64,000 nt of DNA from Escherichia phage vB_EcoM-VpaE1: sequence record KM657822; one strand, given 5' to 3'. How positions within the stretch are numbered: the first letter of the stretch is position 1; the number at the start of each line of letters is the position of its first letter. The notes beneath the pieces were generated by a model. The model was not told where the DNA came from. It searched no databases and was given only the letters and a program-made list of their open reading frames with translations. Shown piece after piece: positions 54,253-63,972 of this stretch. The translations under genes and the position numbers were made by a program.

Positions 54253-56397
54253 ATGAACAAAGTACAGATTATTAAAAAGAACGGCTCACTTGAAGAACCT
54301 GATATCAAAAAAGTTTTAGCAGCAGTAGCTAAGTCAGCTAACAGGGTTGGATATAAAGAACTTCCACCAGATGTTACCCAAGCTCTTGAGTCAGCATTCA
54401 TGAGGATTTTGGTAAAGTCCACTAAGCAGAATAATTTGCTTATCTCGGTAAATGATATTCACAGTATTGTTGAAGGTGCTTTGGCAGAAGTTAATCACGA
54501 GATTTATGAGTCTTACTCAACATACAGAAATTACCGTAAAGAGGTTGCTCAAAATTGGGATGAACTCTACCAGAAGACTAAAGATACACTCTTCTTAGGT
54601 GACCGTGAAAATGCTAACTTTGACAGCAGTTTAATTTCTACGAAAGGTTCAATTATCCGTGGTTACCTGACTAAAGAAATCTTTAAACAGTATCATCTAA
54701 CACCAGAGGAACTTGAAGCCATTGAGAAAGGCTTTATCTATATCCACGATTTGAGAGACCTGATTTTTGGTGGTATTAACTGTTGCCTGTTTGACATTGG
54801 TAAAGTACTAAAAGGTGGCTTTGAAATGTCCGGCATTGAGTACTGTGAACCTAAATCTGTACTGTCAGCGTTGCAGGTTATTGGTGACGTAGTACTCTCA
54901 GCAACTGCACAGCAATTTGGTGGTTTTACTTTAGCAGAGATTGATAAGGTACTTGTACCGTATGCTAAGAAGTCTCTACGCTATCATGCTGAGAAAGCAT
55001 CATCTTATGGTATTCCTAAAGAGCATTACCACAATTATGTAATGGAGCAGTTACAAATTGAACTGACGCAAGGTTTTCAGTCACTTGAGATGAAACTAAA
55101 TACCGTACCTTGTAGCCGTGGTGATTTTGCATTCACAACTTTAACATTTGGTTTACTTGACTCAGATATGTCTAATGAGGATAATCGACTACAATACATG
55201 ATTGCAAGTACTCTCCTAGATGTTCGTATGAATGGACAAGGTAAGAGCAAAAAGCCTGTTGTATTCCCTAAACTGGTTTATATTTATGACCAGAAGAGAC
55301 ATGATGAGAATATCTGTCAAGGTCACCTGTACAGTAAAGCTATTGAGTGTTGCTCTAAAGCAATGTACCCAGATTTCTTAAGTGTGTCTGGTCATGGTGC
55401 TGTAGCAGAGGCTTTTGAGCGTTCTGGTAAGGTAATTTCACCGATGGGTTGCAGAGCTTTCTTATCCCCATATCTTAACGAGAATGGAGAAGAGTTCTAC
55501 GTTGGTCGTGCTAATATTGGTGCTGTATCTTTGAACTTACCAATGATTTACCAGTATTCTAAAGAGAATGGTTTAGATTTCTGGAAAGAGCTTGATAAGT
55601 ACCTAGAAATGATTCGCAGCTTCCATAAGAAACGTTACGAAATGATTGCCAATATGCCAGCAAGTTCTAACCCTCTTGCATTCACACAAGGTGGTCTGTA
55701 TAAAGGGACTAAGAAGCCTACTAACAAGGTTGGTTGGGATATTGTGAAGTCCTTCACAGCTTCTTTTGGGGTTACTGCTCTTGATGAGTTATCTGTTCTT
55801 GCTGAAGGTAAACGACTTCATGAAGTTGGAAGTTCTAGTTTTGCATACGATGTTCTGGCATACATTAACATGAAAACTGAAGAGTTTAAGAATGAAGATG
55901 GCTTCCTGTATGCAGTATATGGCACTCCAGCAGAGTCATTGTGTGGAACTCAGCTAAAACAGTTCAGAGATATGTTTGGTGTTATTAAAGGCGTTTCTGA
56001 CAAGGAATACTTTACAAACAGTTTCCATATGAATGTTGCAGCAAACATCTCACCATTTGAGAAGCAGGACTTAGAAGAGCCATTCTTCCATATCTGTAGA
56101 GGTGGCAGAATCCAGTATGTAAGGGTAGCTAACCCAGAAAACTTACCAGCACTTAAAAGTTGTATTACAAGAGGGATGTTGAAAGGTTTCTATCAGGGGC
56201 TTAACTTTGACTTAGCAATCTGTGAACATTGTGGTAACAGACCAAAGGCTGATGTTGAAGAATGTGAGGTTTGCCATTCACATGATATCTCTGTGATTAA
56301 CAGGGTGTGCGGGTACTTGTCATTCACAAAAATTAAAGGTCAGTCTCGAATGAATGACGCTAAGATGGCAGAAATTAAGGATAGGGTTTCTATGTAG
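54253..56397 (+). CDS. nrdD: anaerobic ribonucleoside-triphosphate reductase
   Basis: C-terminal Zn cluster CEHCGN...CEVC and glycyl-radical RVCGY near C-terminus. Confidence 0.85.
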   Translation: MNKVQIIKKNGSLEEPDIKKVLAAVAKSANRVGYKELPPDVTQALESAFMRILVKSTKQNNLLISVNDIHSIVEGALAEVNHEIYESYSTYRNYRKEVAQNWDELYQKTKDTLFLGDRENANFDSSLISTKGSIIRGYLTKEIFKQYHLTPEELEAIEKGFIYIHDLRDLIFGGINCCLFDIGKVLKGGFEMSGIEYCEPKSVLSALQVIGDVVLSATAQQFGGFTLAEIDKVLVPYAKKSLRYHAEKASSYGIPKEHYHNYVMEQLQIELTQGFQSLEMKLNTVPCSRGDFAFTTLTFGLLDSDMSNEDNRLQYMIASTLLDVRMNGQGKSKKPVVFPKLVYIYDQKRHDENICQGHLYSKAIECCSKAMYPDFLSVSGHGAVAEAFERSGKVISPMGCRAFLSPYLNENGEEFYVGRANIGAVSLNLPMIYQYSKENGLDFWKELDKYLEMIRSFHKKRYEMIANMPASSNPLAFTQGGLYKGTKKPTNKVGWDIVKSFTASFGVTALDELSVLAEGKRLHEVGSSSFAYDVLAYINMKTEEFKNEDGFLYAVYGTPAESLCGTQLKQFRDMFGVIKGVSDKEYFTNSFHMNVAANISPFEKQDLEEPFFHICRGGRIQYVRVANPENLPALKSCITRGMLKGFYQGLNFDLAICEHCGNRPKADVEECEVCHSHDISVINRVCGYLSFTKIKGQSRMNDAKMAEIKDRVSM

Positions 56398-56426
56398 AAT
56401 ACAAATGAATTACGAACTAATATATA

Positions 56427-56963
56427 ATGCAATTATTAAGAAGGCACATTCTGAAAGGGGGTGTGCCTCTTACATACTACAAATGTCAAGGTAAGGGTTA
56501 TGAAAGACACCATATCATACCAGTGTGTCTAGGTGGCGATAAAATTAGTGGAGATAATATTGCTCTACTTACACCTAGAGAACATTATATAGCTCATAAA
56601 TTACTGGTTAAGATGTATCCAAACAACCACAAGTTATGGTTTGCATGGAACAGGCTAGCTCATGATGGCCTAGATAGGAAAATATCATCCAGAGACTATG
56701 AAAAGGTAAGGGCTTTGAACTCGAAAGCTTTATCTATTGTGAATAAAGGTAGGGTTTTCACTGAAGAACATCGAAGACGATTAGGAGAATCTCAAATAGG
56801 TAATACAAAATCAAAAGGTTGTAAAAGGTCTATAGAAACAAGGAAGAGGATGTCAGAAGCCGGAAAAAAGCCAAAGAAAAAGAAAACTTGCCCTCATTGT
56901 GGTATGACTGGTGGTGCTGGTAACATGACTCGATATCATTTTGACAATTGTAAGAAAAAATAA
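56427..56963 (+). CDS. HNH homing endonuclease with NUMOD3-like repeats
   Basis: ERHHIIPVCLGGDKISGDN HNH core; FTEEHRRRLGESQIG and SIETRKRMSEAG repeats; C-terminal CPHCG. Confidence 0.65.
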   Translation: MQLLRRHILKGGVPLTYYKCQGKGYERHHIIPVCLGGDKISGDNIALLTPREHYIAHKLLVKMYPNNHKLWFAWNRLAHDGLDRKISSRDYEKVRALNSKALSIVNKGRVFTEEHRRRLGESQIGNTKSKGCKRSIETRKRMSEAGKKPKKKKTCPHCGMTGGAGNMTRYHFDNCKKK

Positions 56964-56982
56964 CCTTATGTAAAACTTGACA

Positions 56983-57022
56983 AGGTGATGTGGGTCTTGA
57001 TAGGCTTACATCACCTTTTTTA
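56983..57022 (+). terminator. rho-independent terminator
   Basis: 9 bp stem AGGTGATGT/ACATCACCT followed by TTTTTT. Confidence 0.5.
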
Positions 57023-57127
57023 TTGGATGTTAGATATGGCAGAAAGTATTATTGGATTGCTCATATGTTCTGTCTTACTAGGGTTCTTTTTAGGACTCTC
57101 TTATTGTGAATTGAGAGATAAGTTAAA

Positions 57128-57328
57128 ATGTTTAAGATATCAAAAACGATGATATACATACTCCACATTCTAATCTTCTTCTTTGGGGTTAGTGTTATGG
57201 TATGGGGTTTTTCAGACCCACAATGGAGTTTCTCATATCATGGTCAGATGGATTTATGGTCATGCTTCAAACCATTTTTAGGGTTAGTCATAGCATTCAG
57301 TGCATTACCAACTAAGGTGAAATTATGA
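57128..57328 (+). CDS. small membrane protein
   Basis: 66 aa, two hydrophobic helices. Confidence 0.3.
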   Translation: MFKISKTMIYILHILIFFFGVSVMVWGFSDPQWSFSYHGQMDLWSCFKPFLGLVIAFSALPTKVKL

Positions 57329-57720
57329 TTAAGTTGAGTCAAAAACAGTTAGAGTGGATTAAAGATTATGCCTCAGAGTGTGGCTCTTGTGAAAAGAATC
57401 ACGTAAGATACTCAACATTCCACACGGTCTTCACATTGTATATCGGTGAAAATGTTCTAAGTGATTCTGTAGAAGACGGTGTAGCATTGCCTAATGAATT
57501 ACTTGATAAACTAGCTGTAGTCTCTGGAACTTGGTCTGAGGAAGATGGTCACGAGCTATCTGATGATGTTGTCTTCTACACCCTTGAAAACATCATGAAT
57601 CCAGAGTACATTATGCTAATGACTTGTGCACAAGACTGTGTTCCATTACAAAACTTCATTAAAGAGCACTGTGAAGAGTTTATTACTAAACAGGTTCCTT
57701 GTCAGGTGGTATTTGAATGA
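57325..57720 (+). CDS. hypothetical protein
   Basis: 131 aa ORF. Confidence 0.35.
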   Translation: MIKLSQKQLEWIKDYASECGSCEKNHVRYSTFHTVFTLYIGENVLSDSVEDGVALPNELLDKLAVVSGTWSEEDGHELSDDVVFYTLENIMNPEYIMLMTCAQDCVPLQNFIKEHCEEFITKQVPCQVVFE

Positions 57721-58016
57721 GTAAAACAATTCGAAGAAAAGGTTTAAAGAACGTTCATGGACTTTATGAGTGGAGAAATGAGGTACGTAACAGAGAAAAT
57801 GCTTCAGAGGTCTACTACCACTCTGATATGATGTCTAGAAAAGGTGGCTCTTACGACTTCACAAGCCAGCCTTGTAGAGAGATTAAGAAGGCTACTAAAC
57901 GTCTTACAAGAACACAAATAAGGCAGCTTTCTAAGACATCCTTCTTAGATGAAGACTTTGACATTGATAGTAAGTCCCCAAAGAAAGCTGCTAAGAATAC
58001 TTATATGTATTGGTGA
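57717..58016 (+). CDS. hypothetical protein
   Basis: 99 aa ORF. Confidence 0.35.
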   Translation: MSKTIRRKGLKNVHGLYEWRNEVRNRENASEVYYHSDMMSRKGGSYDFTSQPCREIKKATKRLTRTQIRQLSKTSFLDEDFDIDSKSPKKAAKNTYMYW

Positions 58017-58025
58017 GGTAACTAG

Positions 58026-58511
58026 ATGAATTACATGGAGATTAGACCATTTGATACAGCTAATGGTGAAGGGGTTCGTGTAAGCCTCTTCGTAGCTGGT
58101 TGTAAGCATCACTGCGAAGGCTGCTTTAACAGAGAGTCTTGGAAGTTTAATGCTGGTAAAGAGTTTACTTATGCAAACTTCTACGGAATCATCCAGCTAA
58201 TGGGCGATAATGCCGTCAGTGGGTTGTCGATACTTGGTGGAGAACCTCTGGATGATAGAAATATTCAAGAGGTCACCAATATATGTAAACGTATTAAAAC
58301 TGTTTACCCAGAGAAATCTATCTGGCTCTGGACAGGTTTTCAGTTACACGAAAAAATTCACCTTGATGTGATGAAATATGTTGACGTGGTGATTGATGGT
58401 AAGTATGATTCATCTAAACCAACAGTTAAACCGTATCGTGGTTCTGATAACCAAAACCTCTGGAGAAAAGAGTATGGGTGGCAAGGTGATTGTCAGTGGA
58501 GAGCCGAGTAA
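58026..58511 (+). CDS. nrdG: anaerobic ribonucleotide reductase activating protein (radical SAM)
   Basis: CKHHCEGC cysteine motif near N-terminus; follows nrdD after endonuclease/small-gene insertions. Confidence 0.8.
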   Translation: MNYMEIRPFDTANGEGVRVSLFVAGCKHHCEGCFNRESWKFNAGKEFTYANFYGIIQLMGDNAVSGLSILGGEPLDDRNIQEVTNICKRIKTVYPEKSIWLWTGFQLHEKIHLDVMKYVDVVIDGKYDSSKPTVKPYRGSDNQNLWRKEYGWQGDCQWRAE

Positions 58512-58548
58512 GTCTCGTCGTAAAGTAGGTTATGGAAAAGGTGAAATA

Positions 58549-58851
58549 ATGGTTCTTTCTTTTAACAGTGCTTTATTAGGTACTTACAAAGTTAAGACCG
58601 AACTCCTTGATGAATGGAGAAAATATACAAACTCACTTTTCGGTAATGTTGGAATGGAAGCCTTAGCAGAGATTGAGAAGGCTGGAACATTTGAAGTTGT
58701 CGGTAAAGGTCACTACACAATGTTCTACAAAACAAATTTAAACGTCGGAGACAGTATTGTTGGTGTCACTGAAGAAGAACTTAAAACATTTTGTGAAAAG
58801 ATTGAGAGAGATACGAAATGGGAATCTGGAATAGTTTTAAATCAAAAGTAA
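58549..58851 (+). CDS. hypothetical protein
   Basis: Start at internal ATG behind AAAGGTGAAATA; upstream track ORF overlaps nrdG. Confidence 0.35.
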   Translation: MVLSFNSALLGTYKVKTELLDEWRKYTNSLFGNVGMEALAEIEKAGTFEVVGKGHYTMFYKTNLNVGDSIVGVTEEELKTFCEKIERDTKWESGIVLNQK

Positions 58852-59075
58852 AAGCAGCACTAGCTTCATTAGGTATGCTCACTGGAGTTGATGTGACTCA
58901 TCTTATGCAGAACTTCAAGATGGATGAGAAGCTGACTAATGAGATTATGAAAAGTATCTATGTAGGCCGTGGCAAAGGTGGTAAGAAACAAGCCCATCGT
59001 CCGTCTGGTGCAGCAGCTATTAAACGAGCAGCTAAGAAAGCTCGTAACCGTAAACGTAATAAGAAGGCTAAATAA
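58818..59075 (+). CDS. hypothetical basic protein
   Basis: 85 aa, Lys/Arg-rich C-terminus. Confidence 0.3.
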   Translation: MGIWNSFKSKVKAALASLGMLTGVDVTHLMQNFKMDEKLTNEIMKSIYVGRGKGGKKQAHRPSGAAAIKRAAKKARNRKRNKKAK

Positions 59076-59077
59076 TC

Positions 59078-59398
59078 ATGAGCAAAATCTATAACACTCG
59101 CAAATTACAGATTTTCGTACTGTGTCAGTTTATGGCTAAAGAATACAACTTCTACTATTGTGGTACAGGTTTTATTAGCGATGATGATGGCTCATACCTA
59201 CCATTTAAAGAAGCTGTGAAGCTCTTTAATGAAGAGAAAAACTCTAAGAAAGATATCGAAAAGGTCAAGCTAACCTATAGCAAGAAAGATAAGAAGATTA
59301 TCTGCCTAGATAACTTTGTAAAAGTTACTGGAGAAGCAAAAGAGTTTATGGATGAGAGTGAGATTTCATTCACAAGCATCTTGAAAGTAGCTCAGTAA
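59078..59398 (+). CDS. hypothetical protein
   Basis: 106 aa ORF followed by terminator. Confidence 0.4.
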   Translation: MSKIYNTRKLQIFVLCQFMAKEYNFYYCGTGFISDDDGSYLPFKEAVKLFNEEKNSKKDIEKVKLTYSKKDKKIICLDNFVKVTGEAKEFMDESEISFTSILKVAQ

Positions 59399-59410
59399 AC
59401 AGATACTATA

Positions 59411-59440
59411 AGGGAACTGTAAAGGTTCCCTTTTTATTTT
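59411..59440 (+). terminator. rho-independent terminator
   Basis: AGGGAAC-tgtaaa-GGTTCCC followed by TTTTTATTTT. Confidence 0.55.
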
Positions 59441-59449
59441 GGAGATGAT

Positions 59450-59965
59450 ATGTATCTGTCAAACCTGAAACGTTCGGCTGCAATGTCAGTTCTAAGACTC
59501 AGCTTTGAGGAACGTCAAGAGTTCATTGACTCCCACCAATACGACCCTTCTAACTCGAATCACATGGTTCTTTGGAATCGTGATAACTTCCGTGAAAGAG
59601 CACTTGTCCGTTATTACCCACACTACACAATAGATAACCTGTATGAATGGTGTGTTGTGAAGAACACTATTGCAACACTGAACAATCTTTGCAGGTATAC
59701 AGGTAAGCAAACATTTACATTAGGCCACCACAAACCCGTTACAAAGGGTGGTGAGCATCACTGTGCAAACTGGTTTATCCAGACTAAACTTGATAACCAG
59801 AAGCAAGGAGATAACCTTCTAAGCACCCCTAAGATGACCTATGAAGAGCAAGAGATATATATCAAAAATAATATGCCAGATGTGCTTGACAACCACTATA
59901 CAGATTTGGCAATATCTCTCCTGTTGAAGTTCGAGACAGTTTATAGGGCAACTTACAATGGCTAA
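59450..59965 (+). CDS. hypothetical protein, possible HNH-like nuclease
   Basis: LGHHKPVTKGGEHHCANW resembles an HNH-type His/Cys cluster; weak. Confidence 0.3.
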   Translation: MYLSNLKRSAAMSVLRLSFEERQEFIDSHQYDPSNSNHMVLWNRDNFRERALVRYYPHYTIDNLYEWCVVKNTIATLNNLCRYTGKQTFTLGHHKPVTKGGEHHCANWFIQTKLDNQKQGDNLLSTPKMTYEEQEIYIKNNMPDVLDNHYTDLAISLLLKFETVYRATYNG

Positions 59966-60236
59966 AGAGAAGTGGGAAATCCTACCATTAGTGAGTGAAG
60001 GTGGTAACGGTTGTGAGATGTACATGATACGTGGTCATGTCCCAGAACCAATTGCACTTGAGATGGTAAACAATTTTACAGATGGTTCTTACAAAGACTT
60101 GGGAGAGCCAACTATAAAGCATCAATGGGTAAAGCCTGTACCAGACAGCACAGGTAACTGTAGTGTACTTTACCACGTTGTAGACCCTGTAAAATGCAAA
60201 TCTGCAATGGCAGTAACAAACGTAACTTTTGATTGA
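59958..60236 (+). CDS. hypothetical protein
   Basis: 92 aa ORF. Confidence 0.3.
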   Translation: MAKEKWEILPLVSEGGNGCEMYMIRGHVPEPIALEMVNNFTDGSYKDLGEPTIKHQWVKPVPDSTGNCSVLYHVVDPVKCKSAMAVTNVTFD

Positions 60237-60247
60237 GAGAGAAAACT

Positions 60248-61129
60248 ATGAAAACATCTATCCGTGTTACAGTTCATTCACCAACTAAAGGGACTCATGA
60301 AGAAGAGTTTAACATCGTCCAATTTCCTTCTGGTGAGATTGGTGGACATTTTTCACCAGAGTTTGTTGATTTTACTGCTTATGCTGCATCATCCATCAAC
60401 AACGTGATTATGATTGTAAAGGGTTATGACAAAGACACATTATTTGCTGTGGCACTTGCTAAAGAGGCAATTGATGATTTAGTACCTCATAAGTTTGCTA
60501 TGAAGACTGCTATCTTTTACTATTTGCCAAATGCACGTTACGACCGTCACATGTTTAAAGGTGATGCAGCAGCTTTGAAAGTGTTTGCACAACAGGTTAA
60601 TGCAATGGGTTTTGATGCAGTCTGTGCAGTTGACCCTCATAGTTACGTTCCAGATAACCTTTTCAACTGCTTCCAGAGTATTCCTCAAAAGGAAATTGCA
60701 GTCCACTATGCAAATGACCCACTGATTGATTACTTAGTAGCCCCAGATGCAGGTGCTGCTAAGAAGATTGCAGAGACTGCTAAAGAGGTGGATAAACCAT
60801 ACATCACAATGTCTAAAGTGCGTAACCTTAAGACTGGTGAAATTACTAGTATGCGAATCCTTGATGATGTTGATTTGACAGATAAAACCGTCATGATTCT
60901 TGATGATATCTGTGATGGTGGTCGAACTTTCGTAGAGGCAGCTAAACACCTACGTGAAGCAGGTGCAAAACGTGTTGAGCTTTATGTAACACATGGTATC
61001 TTCTCTAAAGGTGTTGAAAACCTTCTTGACAACGGTATCGACCATATTTACACTACAAATTCTTTAGGCGAAGCTAAAGACCGTGGCTTAACACATTATG
61101 GTCAAGTTACTGTAGCAAACATTGATTAG
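60248..61129 (+). CDS. prs: ribose-phosphate pyrophosphokinase (PRPP synthetase)
   Basis: PRPP-binding loop ILDDICDGGRT, VAPDAGAAKK and THGIFS motifs; start ATG 60248. Confidence 0.7.
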   Translation: MKTSIRVTVHSPTKGTHEEEFNIVQFPSGEIGGHFSPEFVDFTAYAASSINNVIMIVKGYDKDTLFAVALAKEAIDDLVPHKFAMKTAIFYYLPNARYDRHMFKGDAAALKVFAQQVNAMGFDAVCAVDPHSYVPDNLFNCFQSIPQKEIAVHYANDPLIDYLVAPDAGAAKKIAETAKEVDKPYITMSKVRNLKTGEITSMRILDDVDLTDKTVMILDDICDGGRTFVEAAKHLREAGAKRVELYVTHGIFSKGVENLLDNGIDHIYTTNSLGEAKDRGLTHYGQVTVANID

Positions 61130-61137
61130 GTAACAGT

Positions 61138-61629
61138 ATGAATAAGGGTTATTTTGAAAGATACCTAATATATGAACCAGATACAGGTTTATTAATTTGG
61201 AGAGTAACCCTTTGCAGTACCGCTATTGCTGGTAATGTGGCTGGCACAAGGTCTAAGAAGGGTTATATCCAAGTCCAGATAAATAAGAAGAGGTACTATG
61301 CACATAATATTGCATGGATTATGTCTGGAGGTGAGATACCAAGTGGATATGAGATAGACCACATAGACCTTGATAAATCTAATAATAAGTTGGAGAATTT
61401 AAGACTTAGCACAAAGTCACAAAATCAGAGGAATAGGGGTATATACAAGAATAATAAAACTGGTGTGAAGGGTGTAAGTTTTTGTAAACAAACAGGTCTT
61501 TACAAAGCAAGAGTCATGCTTTACCATAAAGAATACTTTTGTGGAAGATTTAAAACGGTAGAAGAAGCAAAAGAAGCTGTAATTAAAAAGCGAATAGAAC
61601 TTCATGGTGAGTTTGCAAGACATAACTAA
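61138..61629 (+). CDS. HNH homing endonuclease with AP2-like domain
   Basis: YEIDHIDLDKSNNKLENLR...SQNQRN HNH core then AP2-like TGVKGVSFCKQTGLYKARV; paralog of the 47457 gene. Confidence 0.7.
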   Translation: MNKGYFERYLIYEPDTGLLIWRVTLCSTAIAGNVAGTRSKKGYIQVQINKKRYYAHNIAWIMSGGEIPSGYEIDHIDLDKSNNKLENLRLSTKSQNQRNRGIYKNNKTGVKGVSFCKQTGLYKARVMLYHKEYFCGRFKTVEEAKEAVIKKRIELHGEFARHN

Positions 61630-61643
61630 GAGAGAGATAAAAT

Positions 61644-63425
61644 ATGAGTAAGTCACTTTACGCAGTACCAGCAGGTCTTAATGCAGATGCTTACAAGGCA
61701 TCACATATATATCAGTATCCAGATGCTACGCAATATCTTATGTTCAACCTGACACCACGTAGCGACAAATGGTTTAACAGCCCTTTGGCAATTGACGGTG
61801 TAGTGGCTTTTGGTATTCAACGTTTCGTTAAAGATTACTTGATAGACCATTGGAATGCCACCTTCTTTGAACGTGATAAAAAAGAAGCAATTGACGAAAT
61901 CTTAGAAGTCATGAATGGTGTTTTGGGTAAAGATGCTATCGGTCGAGAGCATTGGGAAGCACTTCACGACTTAGGTTATCTACCAGTTGAAGTATACGCT
62001 GTAGAAGAAGGCACAGTTGTTCCGATGCGTGTCCCGATGATTGTCTTTCAGAACACTGTTTCAGGTTTCCATTGGGTAGCAGGTTATCTGGAAGATGCTT
62101 TCTCTGCTGAGATTTGGAAGGCTTGCACCATTGCGACTATTGCATTGCATTACAAACGCATCTGTAAGAAGTGGGCTGACCTTACTTGTGACAACGACTT
62201 ACATCTACCTTATCAGTGCCATGACTTTGCTATGCGTGGTATGTCCGGCTTTACCGATGACGCATTTAACGCTGTAGGTCACTTAATCAGCTTTAAAGGA
62301 ACTGATAGCTTCCCTGCTGTGTATACGGCTAAACGAATCTATGGACAGTCTTACCCAATCTCTGATATTGGTAGCTCTGTACCAGCCACTGAACACTCTG
62401 TAATGTGTGCAAACATTGCTTGGGAAGGCGGTAACGAATTGATTGAAGAAGAAAGACGTTTTAAAGGTGAGTTGCAAACCTTCCGTCGTTTCTTAACAGA
62501 AACTTACCCAACTGGTATTGCAAGCATTGTTTCAGATACTTATAACTTCTGGAGAACTGTGTCAGAAATCTTACCAGCACTCCGTAAAGAAATTATGGAA
62601 CGTGATGGTAAACTGGTAATTCGCCCTGACTCTGGAGACCCTGTACATATTGTCACAGGTTATAAAGCAATCCACTTAGAGTGTGCTAAGAAGGCTTATT
62701 ACGAACACCTAAGCAAGCTGGAGGCAAGTGATACAATGCTGAACTCTGTCCTGAACATGAAGCTTGAAAACATTAACTATGGTATTGCTGGATGGCTACT
62801 GTCAGAAGGCTACGAAATGGTTGTTGACAGAGAAGACTTTGAAGTTGCTGATACAGTACTGCTGAAGAATGCTTATATGGTTGGTTCTGCAAACGTTGTA
62901 ACACGTCCTGTAGCGGAGATTGATGGAGCTATTAAGACGCTGTACAACATCTTTGGGGGAACTGTTAACTCTAAAGGGTTTAAGGTACTGGATGAGCACA
63001 TCGGCCTTATCTATGGTGACTCTATCACACTGGAACGTGCAAACGAAATCCTGAAGCGTCTGTATGAAATGGGTTTTGCAAGCTCTAACGTAGTGTTTGG
63101 CGTAGGTTCTTACACTTACCAGTACATGACTCGTGACACCTTTGCATTTGCTGTCAAAGCAACTCTTGCAAGCATTGGTGGTAAAGAGATTATGCTTGCA
63201 AAAGACCCTAAAACAGATAGTGGTGTTAAGAAATCTGCCTTTGGTGGTGTAGCACCTATGTGGGATGGGGATAAGCTGAAAGCTGTAGATGGCTATGGAT
63301 TCCAGAGTTTTGCAGATGCACTTGACCACCCAGCTTGTGCTTTACGTTTAGTCTTTAGCGACTCTGAGCAGTTCGGTTACACAACTCTTGGTGATATTCG
63401 AAATAATATTGACAAGCAGCTTTAA
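61644..63425 (+). CDS. nadV: nicotinamide phosphoribosyltransferase (NAMPT/NadV-like)
   Basis: HLISFKGTDSFPAVY and SSVPATEHSV match recalled NAMPT-family signatures (NFKGTDT, VPAAEHS). Confidence 0.75.
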   Translation: MSKSLYAVPAGLNADAYKASHIYQYPDATQYLMFNLTPRSDKWFNSPLAIDGVVAFGIQRFVKDYLIDHWNATFFERDKKEAIDEILEVMNGVLGKDAIGREHWEALHDLGYLPVEVYAVEEGTVVPMRVPMIVFQNTVSGFHWVAGYLEDAFSAEIWKACTIATIALHYKRICKKWADLTCDNDLHLPYQCHDFAMRGMSGFTDDAFNAVGHLISFKGTDSFPAVYTAKRIYGQSYPISDIGSSVPATEHSVMCANIAWEGGNELIEEERRFKGELQTFRRFLTETYPTGIASIVSDTYNFWRTVSEILPALRKEIMERDGKLVIRPDSGDPVHIVTGYKAIHLECAKKAYYEHLSKLEASDTMLNSVLNMKLENINYGIAGWLLSEGYEMVVDREDFEVADTVLLKNAYMVGSANVVTRPVAEIDGAIKTLYNIFGGTVNSKGFKVLDEHIGLIYGDSITLERANEILKRLYEMGFASSNVVFGVGSYTYQYMTRDTFAFAVKATLASIGGKEIMLAKDPKTDSGVKKSAFGGVAPMWDGDKLKAVDGYGFQSFADALDHPACALRLVFSDSEQFGYTTLGDIRNNIDKQL

Positions 63426-63439
63426 AAGTATATGATAAG

Positions 63440-63462
63440 AGGCTCCTACGGGAGCCTTTTTA
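63440..63462 (+). terminator. rho-independent terminator
   Basis: GAGGCTCC-tacg-GGAGCCT followed by TTTTT; same stem as the 29866 terminator. Confidence 0.55.
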
Positions 63463-63478
63463 ATTTCTGGAGAAAGAT

Positions 63479-63814
63479 ATGAAAATCAAAGAGATGAACA
63501 TTAACGTTGTCCTAGAAGAACGTTGGGAAAACATTAAGAAACCTGAAGATGGTAAAAAGTTCCTTAACAAAATTTTAGTAGCAGCTAAAGAAGAACTGAC
63601 TGGCAAGATTGCAGCAGCAATCACAATAAAAGTCTGTGTAAAAGGTCTTCCACAACATCACCAATTTGCACTTGACGAGTTTAAAGAAAGCTTCTACAAT
63701 CCAAACAAACAGATACTTGAAAGTAACTTTGCAGTGTCTACAAGTATCGTCCATGACAGAAGCTTTATCCTTTACAAAAACATGAGAGGTGAGTCATGCA
63801 AGCATATTGGATAG
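63479..63814 (+). CDS. hypothetical protein
   Basis: 111 aa ORF. Confidence 0.4.
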   Translation: MKIKEMNINVVLEERWENIKKPEDGKKFLNKILVAAKEELTGKIAAAITIKVCVKGLPQHHQFALDEFKESFYNPNKQILESNFAVSTSIVHDRSFILYKNMRGESCKHIG

Positions 63815-63972
63815 AAATTTTACTGTCACTTGGTAGTGTAGCAGTATTTGTTTACCTTCTTTGCAAGTACTATGCAGAGCACAAGAAGTGTGACTACTGT
63901 AACGGAGAAGGGTACACAAGAGCAGGCTGTTGCCCTATGTGTGGTGGTTCTGGTAAAATGTTTAATAAGTAA
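63796..63972 (+). CDS. small membrane-anchored zinc-finger protein (putative)
   Basis: 58 aa: hydrophobic helix then CDYCNGEGY and CPMCGGSG CxxCxGxG motifs; below ORF-track cutoff. Confidence 0.3.
   Translation: MQAYWIEILLSLGSVAVFVYLLCKYYAEHKKCDYCNGEGYTRAGCCPMCGGSGKMFNK

Noticed and set aside
56977-57005. TTGACA box after the nrdD-nrdG HNH gene as a promoter
   Set aside because: -10 candidate is poor and the sequence forms the stem of the 56983-57022 terminator
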